From positions 20,798-84,797 of the IMG/VR virus record IMGVR_UViG_3300027867_000003: 64,000 nt of DNA; one strand, given 5' to 3'. The position numbers and the translations under genes were made by a program. The stretch is from a virus. Shown here in pieces: positions 38,033-48,595 of this stretch (within the stretch, counting starts at the first letter, position 1; every line of letters starts with the position of its first letter). Below the pieces are notes generated by a model that saw only the letters and a program-made list of their open reading frames with translations, ran no database searches and was not told where the DNA came from.

Positions 38033-38262
38033 TCCGTAAGTTGAAAGAGTTTCGCAATTTGAACTTCAAATGCAACGTTTCGGGATGCAGCAACCCTGCC
38101 ACGTTCCGCGGGACATATAAGACACAGTTACACAGCAACGGCCAAATCATAAGCGGCGAACAAGAGTACCAATACTGCACCGCCCACATACCCAAGAACC
38201 AAGAAGGAAGTCTTTGGAAAGAAATACGAGAAGAAATGTCTACCCTATCCAAAACCATTTAA
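38023..38262 (+). CDS. Cys/His-finger hypothetical protein
   Basis: CNVSGC...YCTAH. Confidence 0.5.
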   Translation: MLLVRKLKEFRNLNFKCNVSGCSNPATFRGTYKTQLHSNGQIISGEQEYQYCTAHIPKNQEGSLWKEIREEMSTLSKTI

Positions 38263-38280
38263 CGCAGAAGGCTACGCCTA

Positions 38281-38505
38281 ATGCCCGACTTCATCATTCA
38301 CGTTCCCGACTGGATCTTCAAATCGTCCCTCCGAGCGCGGAATTGGCTCATCGAGTCATTCGACAGCGCGGTCGGCCGGGGCTCCATCGACATCAGGCCC
38401 CTAGACAAAACTCTGATCCAACATGCCATAGACGAGCTATCCCAATCAAACTACGCCACCAGCTGGGACGTAGCAAAGGACCTAAAGGAGGTATTTTCCA
38501 AATGA
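38281..38505 (+). CDS. Hypothetical protein
   Basis: 74 aa. Confidence 0.55.
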   Translation: MPDFIIHVPDWIFKSSLRARNWLIESFDSAVGRGSIDIRPLDKTLIQHAIDELSQSNYATSWDVAKDLKEVFSK

Positions 38506-38593
38506 CCGCCGAATCCCCTGGCTATGATTGAAAATCTGCACCGCTGAACGTAGGTTCACTGAATTGATCTCGCAGGATTCCAGGGAAGGGAAA

Positions 38594-39427
38594 ATGACCG
38601 CTGTTGATAACAGAGCCAAACGGGCGAACGATGTCCAAAGGATCGTGGGCAGCCTTCCGCTATTAGTTGCGGTCGTCGAAAAGACCGTTAAACTAGACGC
38701 TCACGGCTTCGGCATTTGCCCCTTTCATAAGGAAGACACGCCCAGCTTTCACGTCTTTCAAAGCAGTAGGTCCTCTCGTGCCAGATACTATTGCTTTGGA
38801 TGCAACGCCAAGGGCGACATATTCGACTATATATCTCGTATTCATGGAATGGATTTCAATACAGCCCTGGTTAAATTGTCTAGTCCAAATGTCCTAGATC
38901 AGCTGCCGGTTATTTCTCCCTCCCTGGAACCTGCGAAATCCCAGCCCGATGAAACATTGAGAAGTCTCTTAGATATTTCAGTTGAAGAACTGACAGAGCC
39001 TGAGCCTAAGTTACCCGACGATTCAGCTAAAACAATATCTTGTGAATCTGATTGCCCAAGGTATGCAGAAATTCGAGAAGATTATGACCTCCTATTAGGA
39101 GAGTATCATTCTCTCAGAGCCAAATTGAATATAGGGGATTTTCAACCGTCTGTAGAAAAGACACCGGTTCATGTAGATCCGATTCGTGGCCTAGAATGGC
39201 AAATAAGACTATTTATTCATAACTTGGAAAGCGAACAGGTTGAAACTAAGGTGAAGGAACATTACAACAAGATATATATTGAGGCTCTAAACATGGTCCT
39301 TAGTTGGATTCCAGGACAAATATATAATCAGTCAGAGAAGCGTAGTGAAAAGGACAATTCGACAGAAGTGCCAGAACCAAATTTGGAAAGTATTAGATTC
39401 ACCTACGACATCAAGAAAGGCATCTAA
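38594..39427 (+). CDS. CHC2 zinc-finger protein (DnaG zinc-binding domain, no TOPRIM)
   Basis: CPFHKEDTPSF...YYCFGCNAKGDIF. Confidence 0.75.
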   Translation: MTAVDNRAKRANDVQRIVGSLPLLVAVVEKTVKLDAHGFGICPFHKEDTPSFHVFQSSRSSRARYYCFGCNAKGDIFDYISRIHGMDFNTALVKLSSPNVLDQLPVISPSLEPAKSQPDETLRSLLDISVEELTEPEPKLPDDSAKTISCESDCPRYAEIREDYDLLLGEYHSLRAKLNIGDFQPSVEKTPVHVDPIRGLEWQIRLFIHNLESEQVETKVKEHYNKIYIEALNMVLSWIPGQIYNQSEKRSEKDNSTEVPEPNLESIRFTYDIKKGI

Positions 39428-39431
39428 GATC

Positions 39432-40250
39432 GTGCCCACACTCATCCGAACCTCCATAAAAGACCCCTCGCTCGTTGCCCGGGTCTCCCAATTCCTCCAG
39501 GACCTCGGTCTTCCGACCTGGATCACCGAATTGGGCGAGGGAAAGCGGCGTTTAGTCAGCCCCAAGGACCTAGAGGCCATCAGACGGCTCGCTGGGGAGG
39601 GCAGAACGACCCGCGAAATCGCCATCGAAATAGGATTCAAGGCCCCTACTGTCCGGGCCGCAATGATCCGACATAAGATCCCAGCTGGCGTCAGACCCGG
39701 AGGTAGGCCAAAATTCCCCGACAAAGAAATCGAAGCCGCATTAGCTGGGGTGAGGAGCCTAAAAGAAGCGACACGTCGAAGTGGAATTCCTCGGTCAACT
39801 TTGAGCCGCCGGCGCCAAGGAGAGTCAACCTATATTCCTAGAACCGCTATCGACCACCCCGCGGTTGAATCAATCCGAAATCACATAGCCCTAGGTAAAA
39901 CGATCTCTGAGACAGCAAACATCCTAGGCATGAAACGCTCAACTGTAGCTAGGATAATGTCGACTCGGGGAATTAAAAGCCTGAATAAACCCGGCGGCCG
40001 AGCGAGACCAACAGTAGCCGTTCCTCTGCCTAAGAAGTTGAGAACAGCGACTAAATCGAAGCCTCGTCGAACAACCAAGGTGATTCCGATGCCACCTAAG
40101 GTCATTGATCTCGCTGATCGGGAGGCCCTGATTGCAGAGGCCGTTGCAGCTGGTCGTGTAACCCGAATAACCCCGGCTGAGACTGCCGACTACAACACCC
40201 TCGTGGCCCGGTCAAAGGGCCGTGGTTGGAAAAGCAAAGGAATCCGATGA
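39432..40250 (+). CDS. Multi-HTH DNA-binding protein
   Basis: Three HTH-like repeats (GRTTREIAIEIG, SLKEATRRSGIPRSTL, GKTISETANILG). Confidence 0.7.
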   Translation: MPTLIRTSIKDPSLVARVSQFLQDLGLPTWITELGEGKRRLVSPKDLEAIRRLAGEGRTTREIAIEIGFKAPTVRAAMIRHKIPAGVRPGGRPKFPDKEIEAALAGVRSLKEATRRSGIPRSTLSRRRQGESTYIPRTAIDHPAVESIRNHIALGKTISETANILGMKRSTVARIMSTRGIKSLNKPGGRARPTVAVPLPKKLRTATKSKPRRTTKVIPMPPKVIDLADREALIAEAVAAGRVTRITPAETADYNTLVARSKGRGWKSKGIR

Positions 40251-40603
40251 TGCCCCTTGTAGAATTCCCTGAAGTCGATCCCATTCAATCTGAGATCACT
40301 GAGCCTGAGGTCCTAAGGGCGGCCCGCCAGAGACTTCGAGAACTAACCGCCAACGTCACTCTAGCTGATCTGAGTTCTATTGATGAGAATCTTCGAATCA
40401 TCGCCTATCATCTTCGAAACGCAAGCCGAGAGCCGTGGAAACCCCCGGTTCAAAACAGTCCCCTGAAGTTCATACGGTGCAAAACCTGCGGCAAGGGTCC
40501 GATGGACGCGCCGCTCTATAGAAATCGCCCCGACGCCAATGATTGGAGCTGTCCCGACCATCTTCCACCAGTCCCCGGATTTCGAATCGGTGACCCTCAC
40601 TAG
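40226..40603 (+). CDS. Hypothetical protein with Cys finger
   Basis: CKTCG...WSCPDH. Confidence 0.5.
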   Translation: MEKQRNPMMPLVEFPEVDPIQSEITEPEVLRAARQRLRELTANVTLADLSSIDENLRIIAYHLRNASREPWKPPVQNSPLKFIRCKTCGKGPMDAPLYRNRPDANDWSCPDHLPPVPGFRIGDPH

Positions 40604-40646
40604 CCCCGCAATCCAGAGTTCATCAAGCAATCGAAAGGAGATTAAG

Positions 40647-41261
40647 ATGCCAATGGACCACAATTCCGATTCCATCGACTCCATCGATGTCGGTCATGGA
40701 AAGATCAGAATCGGTGCCGTGGTTACAATAGTCAACAGACCGGGGCGAAGATACATAGTTTCGTCAATAAATCCGACCTTGCTAACGGCGAACCTAAGTG
40801 ACAACGGCAATGGGTATTATGTCGCCGTTGGGACCTATGATCTAGAGAACCTGAGACCAATAGTAGAGGACCCAAGTATCCTTTGCCTCTGTTATGCGAA
40901 TGGGTGCCCTCACAAAGATGAATGCAACGCTGCTGGCTGTTGCACTGAGGCCCGGCTGACCGGCCGCCCACCACCCCATATAGAGCACGCCCTAAAGCCG
41001 CCTAAATCAACTCGTCCGCCTTTAGTTACCGTCTCCGGCGATGGACAAAAGATCTTCCTATACGACCGAGAGTTATCTCCCGAGAGAGCTAAAGAATTGA
41101 TAGAGGAATTAGAAACTGCAATGCAAAAAGCGCGCCGAAATAGTCGCTTGACCGAGTTAATGCAAAAGGCTGTTAGTGACTTCGAAACTCTGACACGGGA
41201 GCAGCAGGAGAAAATCCTAGAAACGCAGCGCCTGAGTTGGGCCAAACAGATGTTTGACTGA
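40647..41261 (+). CDS. Hypothetical protein
   Basis: AAGGAG RBS; Cys cluster. Confidence 0.6.
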   Translation: MPMDHNSDSIDSIDVGHGKIRIGAVVTIVNRPGRRYIVSSINPTLLTANLSDNGNGYYVAVGTYDLENLRPIVEDPSILCLCYANGCPHKDECNAAGCCTEARLTGRPPPHIEHALKPPKSTRPPLVTVSGDGQKIFLYDRELSPERAKELIEELETAMQKARRNSRLTELMQKAVSDFETLTREQQEKILETQRLSWAKQMFD

Positions 41262-41610
41262 GAGATGGAGGATCGTCGTCATGGCAAAAATAATTACCGA
41301 AGCCCTAAAGTGCTGCATCTGCCTATCGACGTTCACTAGTATTCGAAGACCCAAGGATCGCCGACCTGTAACCTGCGGTACGCCCAATTGCGTCGCCTTG
41401 GCTCGTGGTCGGCACACCGTTGTCAATGACAGTGAATCTCAGTGGCGTGAATTAAGTTCATGGGGGAATATTGAATTTCCCTCCGATCCCGATCCTGGGG
41501 ACGGAGGTCCATTGAATCTCCCCCTTCCAATCCATAGTTCCTTCCGATCTTTGACAGGGAACTCGAGTCAATTGGCCCTCCAATCCCCCTTAGCAGGAAT
41601 AGAACCATGA
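41254..41610 (+). CDS. Hypothetical Zn-finger protein
   Basis: CCIC...TCGTPNC. Confidence 0.5.
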   Translation: MTERWRIVVMAKIITEALKCCICLSTFTSIRRPKDRRPVTCGTPNCVALARGRHTVVNDSESQWRELSSWGNIEFPSDPDPGDGGPLNLPLPIHSSFRSLTGNSSQLALQSPLAGIEP

Positions 41611-41924
41611 CAAAAGATGACGAAATTCGACTCGCCCAAGTGATCCGCGACAAGGGCTCGTTGAGCGAGGACGCCTTTGGCATAGCAGGAGAACTAGCCT
41701 TCGTCCTGAGGCTGCTGCGGGAGGCAACAGAGTGGCGCGACATTGCGACCCTCGACCATCTTTTTGATCTGGTATTGTTGTCCAACAACTTAGACTGTTG
41801 GATCGGCTACCGAAGATTTGGAGAGGATAGCTGGGAATGGGGGACAAACGAGGAGGACATGTCAGACCTCGTGCCTACTAAATGGCTCCCCCTGCCCGCG
41901 CCCCCGAAGGCGCAAGGCCGATGA
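41607..41924 (+). CDS. DUF551-like protein
   Basis: EWRDIAT...PTKWLPLPAPP. Confidence 0.6.
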   Translation: MTKDDEIRLAQVIRDKGSLSEDAFGIAGELAFVLRLLREATEWRDIATLDHLFDLVLLSNNLDCWIGYRRFGEDSWEWGTNEEDMSDLVPTKWLPLPAPPKAQGR

Positions 41925-42553
41925 CCGAGGAAGAGGCGATCGAGCGGGCCGAATGGGTATGGGCCGAAGAAAGCTGCGTAAGACTCGGTGCTACGATTAA
42001 AAACGGTTGCGTGCAAATCGACATTTGTGACGAGCACGGCAAGCCAATCGCATCTGCAACGGTCGCACCGTATCGGTGGCGACGCATCGCCGCCTACCTC
42101 GCCGCGATGGCCGAAGCGCCGCCGACTTCGTGGACGTGCTTCCATTGTGGTGAGACCTTCACGGATAGCTTGGCCGCACTGGAACATTTCGGGCCTAGTG
42201 GGATGTCGGACGCGGCTTGTCAAATTGACATCAAAGCCTTCCGAGAAATGGAGGAATTTACCGCACGATGCCGTGCCGAGGACAGCGATACGGACCGTGC
42301 CATGTACCGGATGCGGGCCGAGAACACCGTCGCATTACGCCGTGAGGAGGAAGCTGGTTACGCAAAAGGTCTGGCCGATGCCCGCAAAGAACTGGCCGAA
42401 GCACCGCCGAGCGAGGCGGAGGTCGAGAGTGCGCTAGCGGCCTACTTTCCCAACCGAGGCAAGAATGGCTTTTCGCCAGCCGAGAAGGAACACATGCGCG
42501 CCGCCTTCATGGCTGCTCGCCGCGCCCGTTCGCAGGAGATGAAAGATGGCTGA
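41921..42553 (+). CDS. Hypothetical protein
   Basis: WTCFHCGETF...HFG...ACQI. Confidence 0.65.
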   Translation: MTEEEAIERAEWVWAEESCVRLGATIKNGCVQIDICDEHGKPIASATVAPYRWRRIAAYLAAMAEAPPTSWTCFHCGETFTDSLAALEHFGPSGMSDAACQIDIKAFREMEEFTARCRAEDSDTDRAMYRMRAENTVALRREEEAGYAKGLADARKELAEAPPSEAEVESALAAYFPNRGKNGFSPAEKEHMRAAFMAARRARSQEMKDG

Positions 42554-42712
42554 GCGCGATAGCATCGGCATCTGGCCGTGCCCGGCCTGTGGTGCCGCTA
42601 ACCTCGCTGAAGGCTGGTACAAATGTCTTGAAGATACCGATCACGGTGATTGCGCGCATAACGTCTTAGAAACCCCCTGCCCGAATGACGACTTGTTCGA
42701 CGGAGATGAAAG

Positions 42713-43072
42713 ATGACTGACGCCCCGATCGCCGAACAGAAGCTCTCTACACTTCGCAAGGCGCTCACATTGCTAACCTATCGAACCAATGCAGAAAAAG
42801 ACCGTGATTGGGCACTCGCCGAACTCGCCGAACTCGCCGCCCTCGACGCTCCGCCGCAGCCCGACCTCGCGGAGATCGGCATGGAGGAACTACGAAAAGC
42901 GCAAACACCCTATCACGCTTCACGGGAAGCGATGCTCGCCGCCTACGCCGCGATGCTCAAGCGCGACCCGAAGGTGCGGGAGCTGATCGGGGCGGCACAG
43001 GAGTACGCCGATAAAGCTGTATCGACGGATCGCCTCCGCGCCGCCCTCGCAGCCTTGGAGAATGAACCATGA
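42713..43072 (+). CDS. Hypothetical protein
   Basis: 119 aa, GGAG RBS. Confidence 0.55.
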   Translation: MTDAPIAEQKLSTLRKALTLLTYRTNAEKDRDWALAELAELAALDAPPQPDLAEIGMEELRKAQTPYHASREAMLAAYAAMLKRDPKVRELIGAAQEYADKAVSTDRLRAALAALENEP

Positions 43073-43251
43073 CCGACCTCACCCCGGCCGAGATCATCGC
43101 GGCGATCTACCTAGCCGGCTTCCCGTTCCTCTGGGCGCTGCTGTTCCGACGACCGGCCTGCGCGCTGTTCCGCGCCTTCGGGCTGCTATTCGTGGCCGTC
43201 GTGTTATTACTGATACACAGCTGACGGAGCAAACATCCGCATGATCGCCGC

Positions 43252-44253
43252 CTAGCGCGCAGCAACCGCCGCCGCCGGCCCCTGTCCCGGAAACCCCGCG
43301 ATCCCGGCGAAGAACTGCTGCGCCGTTAAATCCGCCGGCAGCCCCAGCGAACTCGCCGCAACGATCTGATTGAACGCGACCCGTATCACCAGCGCCCATT
43401 CCCCGCTGGTCCCGGTCGGGAGCGAGGGTTGGCTGACGTTCGCGCCGTTCGTGTCAAGCAAATCCGGCGCTGCGCCGATTGCGACCTGTGTGCCCTCGAT
43501 CGAATTATCCTGCCAAAAGTCGTAACCGATGCAGCCGAGGCCCTCGGCAAAGTACAACTTCTCCAGATTGTACGGCGGATCGGGCGCGCCGAACCAATAG
43601 CTTTCCCCGATCATCACCGGGATTTCGACCGTCCCGACGCCACCCGGCGTCGTCAGCGGCCACATCACGTCGCCGCGCCACAGCGCCCCGAGCGCGGTCC
43701 GTGAACCCGCGGGATCGACCGCACAGGACGGCGCCGCAGTCTCGGCGTTGTTCGGCCACCAGATAGGCAGCGTCGTCCACGCGCCCTCGGGGATGCCGGT
43801 GGCGAACACCGGATAGCGTGCGCCATAGCCCTTCGGCCGCGCTGGACACTGGAGGCCGTTGAAATACTGCAATCCCGGCGTGCCCCACAGCGTCGCGAAC
43901 GCGAAGGCGACGCTGCCGAAGCTGTGCGCCAGGTCGCGCGGAAAATGCCGCCACACGACGTTCATGCTGCCGCAGTCGTTCACCGGATCGGCCTGCGACC
44001 TCCAGCCCCCGTCGCCGAGGTAATCGGTTACGTCGTAGAACGCGTCGACCGGATCGGCGACGGCGACCGTGGCGACGGGATAGACGTGGGCATCGCCACC
44101 ATGAACCGAAGTACCTACCAGCCGAATCCCGAGCGGCGTCTGCGGCCCCGCAGGTTTCGAGCCGGACGCAAACGCGAGTTTGCCGTTGGCGATCGTCGGC
44201 AGGCCCCCGCCGGGTGCCATCCGGGTCGCGAAGTAGTCGGCGAGCTTTAGCAT
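43252..44253 (-). CDS. Hypothetical protein (aromatic-rich, 333 aa)
   Basis: Real start probably MLKLAD at 44253 (overlaps upstream stop); the upstream part of the ORF-track call is out-of-frame overlap. Confidence 0.65.
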   Translation of the reverse strand: MLKLADYFATRMAPGGGLPTIANGKLAFASGSKPAGPQTPLGIRLVGTSVHGGDAHVYPVATVAVADPVDAFYDVTDYLGDGGWRSQADPVNDCGSMNVVWRHFPRDLAHSFGSVAFAFATLWGTPGLQYFNGLQCPARPKGYGARYPVFATGIPEGAWTTLPIWWPNNAETAAPSCAVDPAGSRTALGALWRGDVMWPLTTPGGVGTVEIPVMIGESYWFGAPDPPYNLEKLYFAEGLGCIGYDFWQDNSIEGTQVAIGAAPDLLDTNGANVSQPSLPTGTSGEWALVIRVAFNQIVAASSLGLPADLTAQQFFAGIAGFPGQGPAAAVAAR

Positions 44254-44912
44254 CACCGCACGCTCACAACCGGCGGCGGCCGGATGGCCGAAGGCGGCGC
44301 CAGCCGCAGCGATGCCGGGGTCGCACCGCCCCCACCGCTCGCCACCGGGTTCGCGTTGAGCTGGCTTTCGAGCGCCAGCGACTGAATGCCGGCCGGCTGG
44401 CACTGCGCCGCGTAGCCGCCGACGTACATCACCGCTTCGGTCTTGGTCGTCGGTCCGTTCGCCGGCAGCGCCGACAGGTAGGCGTTCTCGGCCTTCTGCA
44501 CCATCGGCCAGACGGCGGCGGGCTGGATGCCCCCGGTCGCGGTGCGGGCCGCGTTTTGCAGGCTTGCCGACACGGCCGGGAACGCGATGCCGGCGATGGC
44601 GGTCGCACCCGCCCCGGCACCCGTCAGCCCCATGACGCCCGACGTGACACCGCCCGCGAGCGTCGTTTCCTGGCTGGCGAGGTTGAGCCCGGCCGCCTGG
44701 TTGACCAGCTTGTTGAAATAGGTCGTACAGTAGCCGTTCGACAATTCGACGCCGGTCGTCAGAATGTCCATCGGCGCGGCGCTGATGCCGGCGATGCTCT
44801 GGCTTTCGGTCTGGATCATTGCCGGAGTCGGCGTCGGCGGCGATTGCGGAACGATGCCACACGCGCCGAGGGCGAACGCCAGCGCGGCGGCGGGGATGAG
44901 GCGGCGGGTCAT
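44253..44912 (-). CDS. Lipoprotein (possible spanin component)
   Basis: MTRRLIPAAALAFALGA-C lipobox; AGGAG RBS; in lysis cassette. Confidence 0.65.
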   Translation of the reverse strand: MTRRLIPAAALAFALGACGIVPQSPPTPTPAMIQTESQSIAGISAAPMDILTTGVELSNGYCTTYFNKLVNQAAGLNLASQETTLAGGVTSGVMGLTGAGAGATAIAGIAFPAVSASLQNAARTATGGIQPAAVWPMVQKAENAYLSALPANGPTTKTEAVMYVGGYAAQCQPAGIQSLALESQLNANPVASGGGGATPASLRLAPPSAIRPPPVVSVR

Positions 44913-45217
44913 GGCTGGGCTCCTGCAGGTGTGACTTGCAACGGCGTAGCGGCATTGGCGCTCGCGACCGCTCCTGCATGTGCCGCGCTCGCCGCCTGGT
45001 GCTTCTGCCACCAGCTCCACGCGACCCCAGCCACGGCCGTTCCGATGCTGATCGCCATTCCACTCAGCATCGCGGCTGTCGAGTCCGTGTTATAGGCCGA
45101 GGCGATGAATCCAGCGCCGGCGGCAGCCGTCAGCGCGTGCCGGATAAGACCCTGGACAATCGGCGCCCACGGCGGGATCGGACTGGAGGGAACGGGAAAG
45201 TTTACGACATCTGCCAT
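44909..45217 (-). CDS. Holin-like protein
   Basis: LIRHALTAAAG, two TM helices, WSWWQK. Confidence 0.6.
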   Translation of the reverse strand: MADVVNFPVPSSPIPPWAPIVQGLIRHALTAAAGAGFIASAYNTDSTAAMLSGMAISIGTAVAGVAWSWWQKHQAASAAHAGAVASANAATPLQVTPAGAQP

Positions 45218-45534
45218 CTTTCAATCTCCCTCGCCCCGGCCCGCAAAGCCGAGCGCGATGGTTCGGGGATGCGCCATAGACGCAACCGCCGAGGCGAGGA
45301 AGCCAGGGATAGGTTGTGTCATCGCGCCTGCTCCGTTTGCGGCCGGAGATTTCGAGGTTTTATATCACGCCGGCGTCTGTGCCGTCAGCCACTCGGCGAG
45401 CGCCGTTTTCAGCGCATCGACCGCGCCGGCGGCGCCATAGAGTTCGTCGGCGATTCGAGCGACTTCTGGATTTGCCAAGAGCCGCTGCAAAGCCATAGCC
45501 TCAGCGGGTGTCAACGGCATCGTAAAGTCGGCCA

Positions 45535-46320
45535 TCACGCGCCCGCCTTCAGCGCCGCCATCTGCGCTTCCAGCGCTGCCGGCGTTAGGCCGCCCGGCGT
45601 CTTGCCGGTCGCCTCGATCCAACTCGGATCGGCGATGGCATAGCTCTCGTCCGTGAACTTCGCAAAGAAAGCAAAGGTCATCCGGTATTTCTTGCCCCAG
45701 GATATGAAGTCGAAACCGCTGGCATCGTAGCCCGTCAGCACAACCGCGTGGCCGCCGACGATGGAGTTGTCGGCACTCGGGTCCACATCCCATACGGCCG
45801 GCGGTTCCTGTGCCATGATGTAAGCCGGTACGTTGAAACCGATATAGGAGACGCCGCATTCGTAGATCGCCGCCCGTACATCATCGAGCATCCGGGGATC
45901 AACTTCGACGAAGGCGGCGATAAGATGCCTGACCCGCGGCGCCGGCGACGGCTGGATTGGCGCCCCCGTTTTCAGCAGGAAGGTCAGCACATCTTGTTCG
46001 ACACCGCCCTGATCCGTGTTCGGGTCGGCCGGATTATAACCGCACGCCTGTTCGTAGAGCGCCTGTACGTCGCTGTCGGGCTCGGTGATCTCCACCCCGC
46101 GCGCAGCGGCGGTCCATACTTGGATCGCATGATAGACGGCGGCGCAAGTGCAGTCGCCCAGCGTGTCGTTCAGCATTTGCCCCAGACCATCGGCCGGAAG
46201 CGCGCTGGCGTTATCGACCGTTGGCGGCAGTACCGGCACAGGCTTTCCGGCCATCAACGCCGACATATGCGGGATGCTGGAATTGTGAGCGCGCGGCAGG
46301 CGTCCGAGTTTCCTTGTCAT
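45535..46320 (-). CDS. Papain-like cysteine peptidase
   Basis: NDTLGDCTCAA (Cys), GGHAVVLTGY (His), ISWG; start MTRKLG with AAAGGA RBS. Confidence 0.7.
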   Translation of the reverse strand: MTRKLGRLPRAHNSSIPHMSALMAGKPVPVLPPTVDNASALPADGLGQMLNDTLGDCTCAAVYHAIQVWTAAARGVEITEPDSDVQALYEQACGYNPADPNTDQGGVEQDVLTFLLKTGAPIQPSPAPRVRHLIAAFVEVDPRMLDDVRAAIYECGVSYIGFNVPAYIMAQEPPAVWDVDPSADNSIVGGHAVVLTGYDASGFDFISWGKKYRMTFAFFAKFTDESYAIADPSWIEATGKTPGGLTPAALEAQMAALKAGA

Positions 46321-46333
46321 CGAGGTTCCTTTC

Positions 46334-46885
46334 CTATGGACCGGGATCATACCCGACATCGGGATAGAACGTGCCGGCGAATAGCCGGGATTGGTCGGCA
46401 ACCGAACACCGTTGACCATGAACCATGTCAACCAGCCCGGGCCAGTTGCCGCCCCAGCAGAGTTCATGCAGCCGATAGAGCTTGCCCAGAAACGTATAGT
46501 CGCCGCCCCACGACCACAGCATCGTCGGCATCCCGACGACCAACGAGCCGTGCGCCGGATGGTAGCCGCCGAATGTTCGCTGTACCCAATGCACGATGCG
46601 GCGCTCGCGGGTCGCGGGGAGCTGCTTGACCAAATCGACAGCCAGCCCATATCCGTGGCAACCGACCTTCTGTAGTTGCGTCCGTTTTTGCTGGAACAAC
46701 AGTTCCTGTCGGGCCGGGCTGCGGTAGCCCTCGAAAATCGCCAGCGTGATTCCCTTGATCTCCGCATCGGCGATCACAGCCCGCGCGCGGCGTAATGTCT
46801 CGGGCTCGATCAGCGCCGGATCGCGATTAAGGTCGGACGAGAGCCGCGCCGGAGATTTGAGAATAACGTCGGTGTAGAAGCTCAC
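46334..46885 (-). CDS. M15 family peptidase endolysin
   Basis: EGYRSPARQ, CHGYGLAVD, WGGNW...DMVH. Confidence 0.8.
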   Translation of the reverse strand: MSFYTDVILKSPARLSSDLNRDPALIEPETLRRARAVIADAEIKGITLAIFEGYRSPARQELLFQQKRTQLQKVGCHGYGLAVDLVKQLPATRERRIVHWVQRTFGGYHPAHGSLVVGMPTMLWSWGGDYTFLGKLYRLHELCWGGNWPGLVDMVHGQRCSVADQSRLFAGTFYPDVGYDPGP

Positions 46886-46888
46886 GCT

Positions 46889-47116
46889 CTAACTCCCGTC
46901 TGCCGCTTTCGCCGCAGCGATGTTCTGCGCCCGCGCGGCCTTGTCGGGCACCACGCCGCTGCCGTTGCACGACCCGCACAGCGCCGGGAACCGCGACTGC
47001 ACAAATTTCGGGTCAACCGAGCCATCGGGCAGCCTTGGCATCTCGCGCGGCACGACGCCACGGCCGCCGCAAGTGGGGCAGGGCGGTTTATTCACGTTTC
47101 CATGACCCTCATTCAC
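46889..47116 (-). CDS. DnaJ-type zinc-finger small protein
   Basis: CPTCGGRG...CGSCNGSG. Confidence 0.6.
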   Translation of the reverse strand: MNEGHGNVNKPPCPTCGGRGVVPREMPRLPDGSVDPKFVQSRFPALCGSCNGSGVVPDKAARAQNIAAAKAADGS

Positions 47117-47433
47117 GGTCCTGGAATGCGTTTCGCCCCGACCAGCTCGCCGCGCAGAAGGCTCAAGTCGTTGCTGACCTTGGCAACCGATTGCTCCGTA
47201 CTCGACGCCGTGCGCTCAACCGCATCGATCCGAGTCGCGGTGGTCTTTTCGAGCACGTCGATCCGTGCCGTCTGTACCGCGATGGCCGCGGTCAGTTTGG
47301 AGAAGCCGCCATCCACATAGGCCGTTACGCCAACCGCTGCCGCAGTGATCGAGCCAACGAGGACCAGCGCCTGCATGATCGAACCGGCGTTCATCTCGCC
47401 AGTCACCTTGATCCCCATCATCTCAGGCTCCAT
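47113..47433 (-). CDS. Membrane-anchored coiled-coil protein
   Basis: One TM helix plus heptad pattern. Confidence 0.6.
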   Translation of the reverse strand: MEPEMMGIKVTGEMNAGSIMQALVLVGSITAAAVGVTAYVDGGFSKLTAAIAVQTARIDVLEKTTATRIDAVERTASSTEQSVAKVSNDLSLLRGELVGAKRIPGP

Positions 47434-47685
47434 GCCTCTCGCTGTTACAGGATCAGCGTCAAAAAAGCGTCCCGAATGTGAGGCGGTTCACACATTTCTC
47501 GGCGAATTAGCGAGAATTTTCACGATTCTTTATCACGGATTGTTGCTGCGCCGCGACACCGGCGATGTACCGATCCGTCCACAGCGCGAGCGCTCGGCGC
47601 TGCACCTCGGACCAGGCGTATTGCGCTAGGTTCGTCAGCAGCGCCACTAGGAGGCCGACTGCGACGCCCTTGCGGATTTCCCGCC

Positions 47686-47859
47686 TCATTGGTGAATGAT
47701 AAACCCGAAGTCGTGCCAGCCGAGCAGGAAGAACAGTACCCAGAACAGGAGGCTCATCCCAAAGTAGTTTCGATTCGCTTCGACGAACGGCGACCATCGC
47801 CAACCGCTGAAGATCGCAGCGAAAAGCATCAAAACCCAAAAGATCAGGCCGATTGACAT
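47686..47859 (-). CDS. Small membrane protein
   Basis: MSIGLIFWVLML...LLGWHDFGF; AAGGAG RBS. Confidence 0.65.
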   Translation of the reverse strand: MSIGLIFWVLMLFAAIFSGWRWSPFVEANRNYFGMSLLFWVLFFLLGWHDFGFIIHQ

Positions 47860-47872
47860 GAGGTTTCTCCTT

Positions 47873-48019
47873 TCAGCGGTAGCCAAAGAGCAAGAAGAGC
47901 ACGATGAGAAGCAACAACACGCCGCCGATGCCGCCGCCGATACCTGGGCCGCCGTGGTAGAAACCGAAGCCTCCACCGAAGAGCATCAGAATGACGAGGA
48001 TTACCAGAATTACGCCCAT
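47873..48019 (-). CDS. DUF3309-like small membrane protein
   Basis: ILVILVILMLFGGG...GGGIGGVLLLLIVLFLL. Confidence 0.6.
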   Translation of the reverse strand: MGVILVILVILMLFGGGFGFYHGGPGIGGGIGGVLLLLIVLFLLFGYR

Positions 48020-48075
48020 CTGCGTTCCTCCCGAGGCCGGGGCCGCGCGATGCCGCACGCAGCCCCTCGCCTCGA

Positions 48076-48450
48076 TTACGGGCCGGGGTTGGTCGGCACC
48101 GGCTGCGGCACGGCCTGCGCGTCCGTCAGGTCGAGGCCGATCGCCTTCGGCGTCGTGTCGGCGACGATGTCGACGCCCATCGTGTCGATCGCGAGGCCAG
48201 CCGAATCGGAGACCGTAATCGACAGCACGCCGGGCGTCGAAGCCTGGATCAGGGCGTTGATCGCGACTGCCGGATGCCCGGCCAGCGGCCCCGCCGGCAT
48301 CACGCCGACGACGGCACCGAGTTTCGTGGGATCGCTCGATACGACCGTGAACACGTCGCCCGCAGGCGCCGGCACGACCGCGCCGTCCGCATCGAGGACC
48401 ACGATCGGGATCGAGAGGACTTCATCGTTCGGGAGTTGGGTTGTGGACAT
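48076..48450 (-). CDS. Ig-like small protein
   Basis: Beta-rich; start MSTTQL after AAAGGA. Confidence 0.55.
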   Translation of the reverse strand: MSTTQLPNDEVLSIPIVVLDADGAVVPAPAGDVFTVVSSDPTKLGAVVGVMPAGPLAGHPAVAINALIQASTPGVLSITVSDSAGLAIDTMGVDIVADTTPKAIGLDLTDAQAVPQPVPTNPGP

Positions 48451-48595
48451 GATCGTTCCTTTCCGCGTGATGATGGGTAAAACCAGTGCGAGGCGCACTG
48501 GCCGGCGATGCGGCCGCCAGGGCGGCCAAGGCCACTCTTTCTTCCGGCCTCCTTTCATTTTCGCGGGCTTCGACCGCTGCGGCTTCGGTTTTTCC

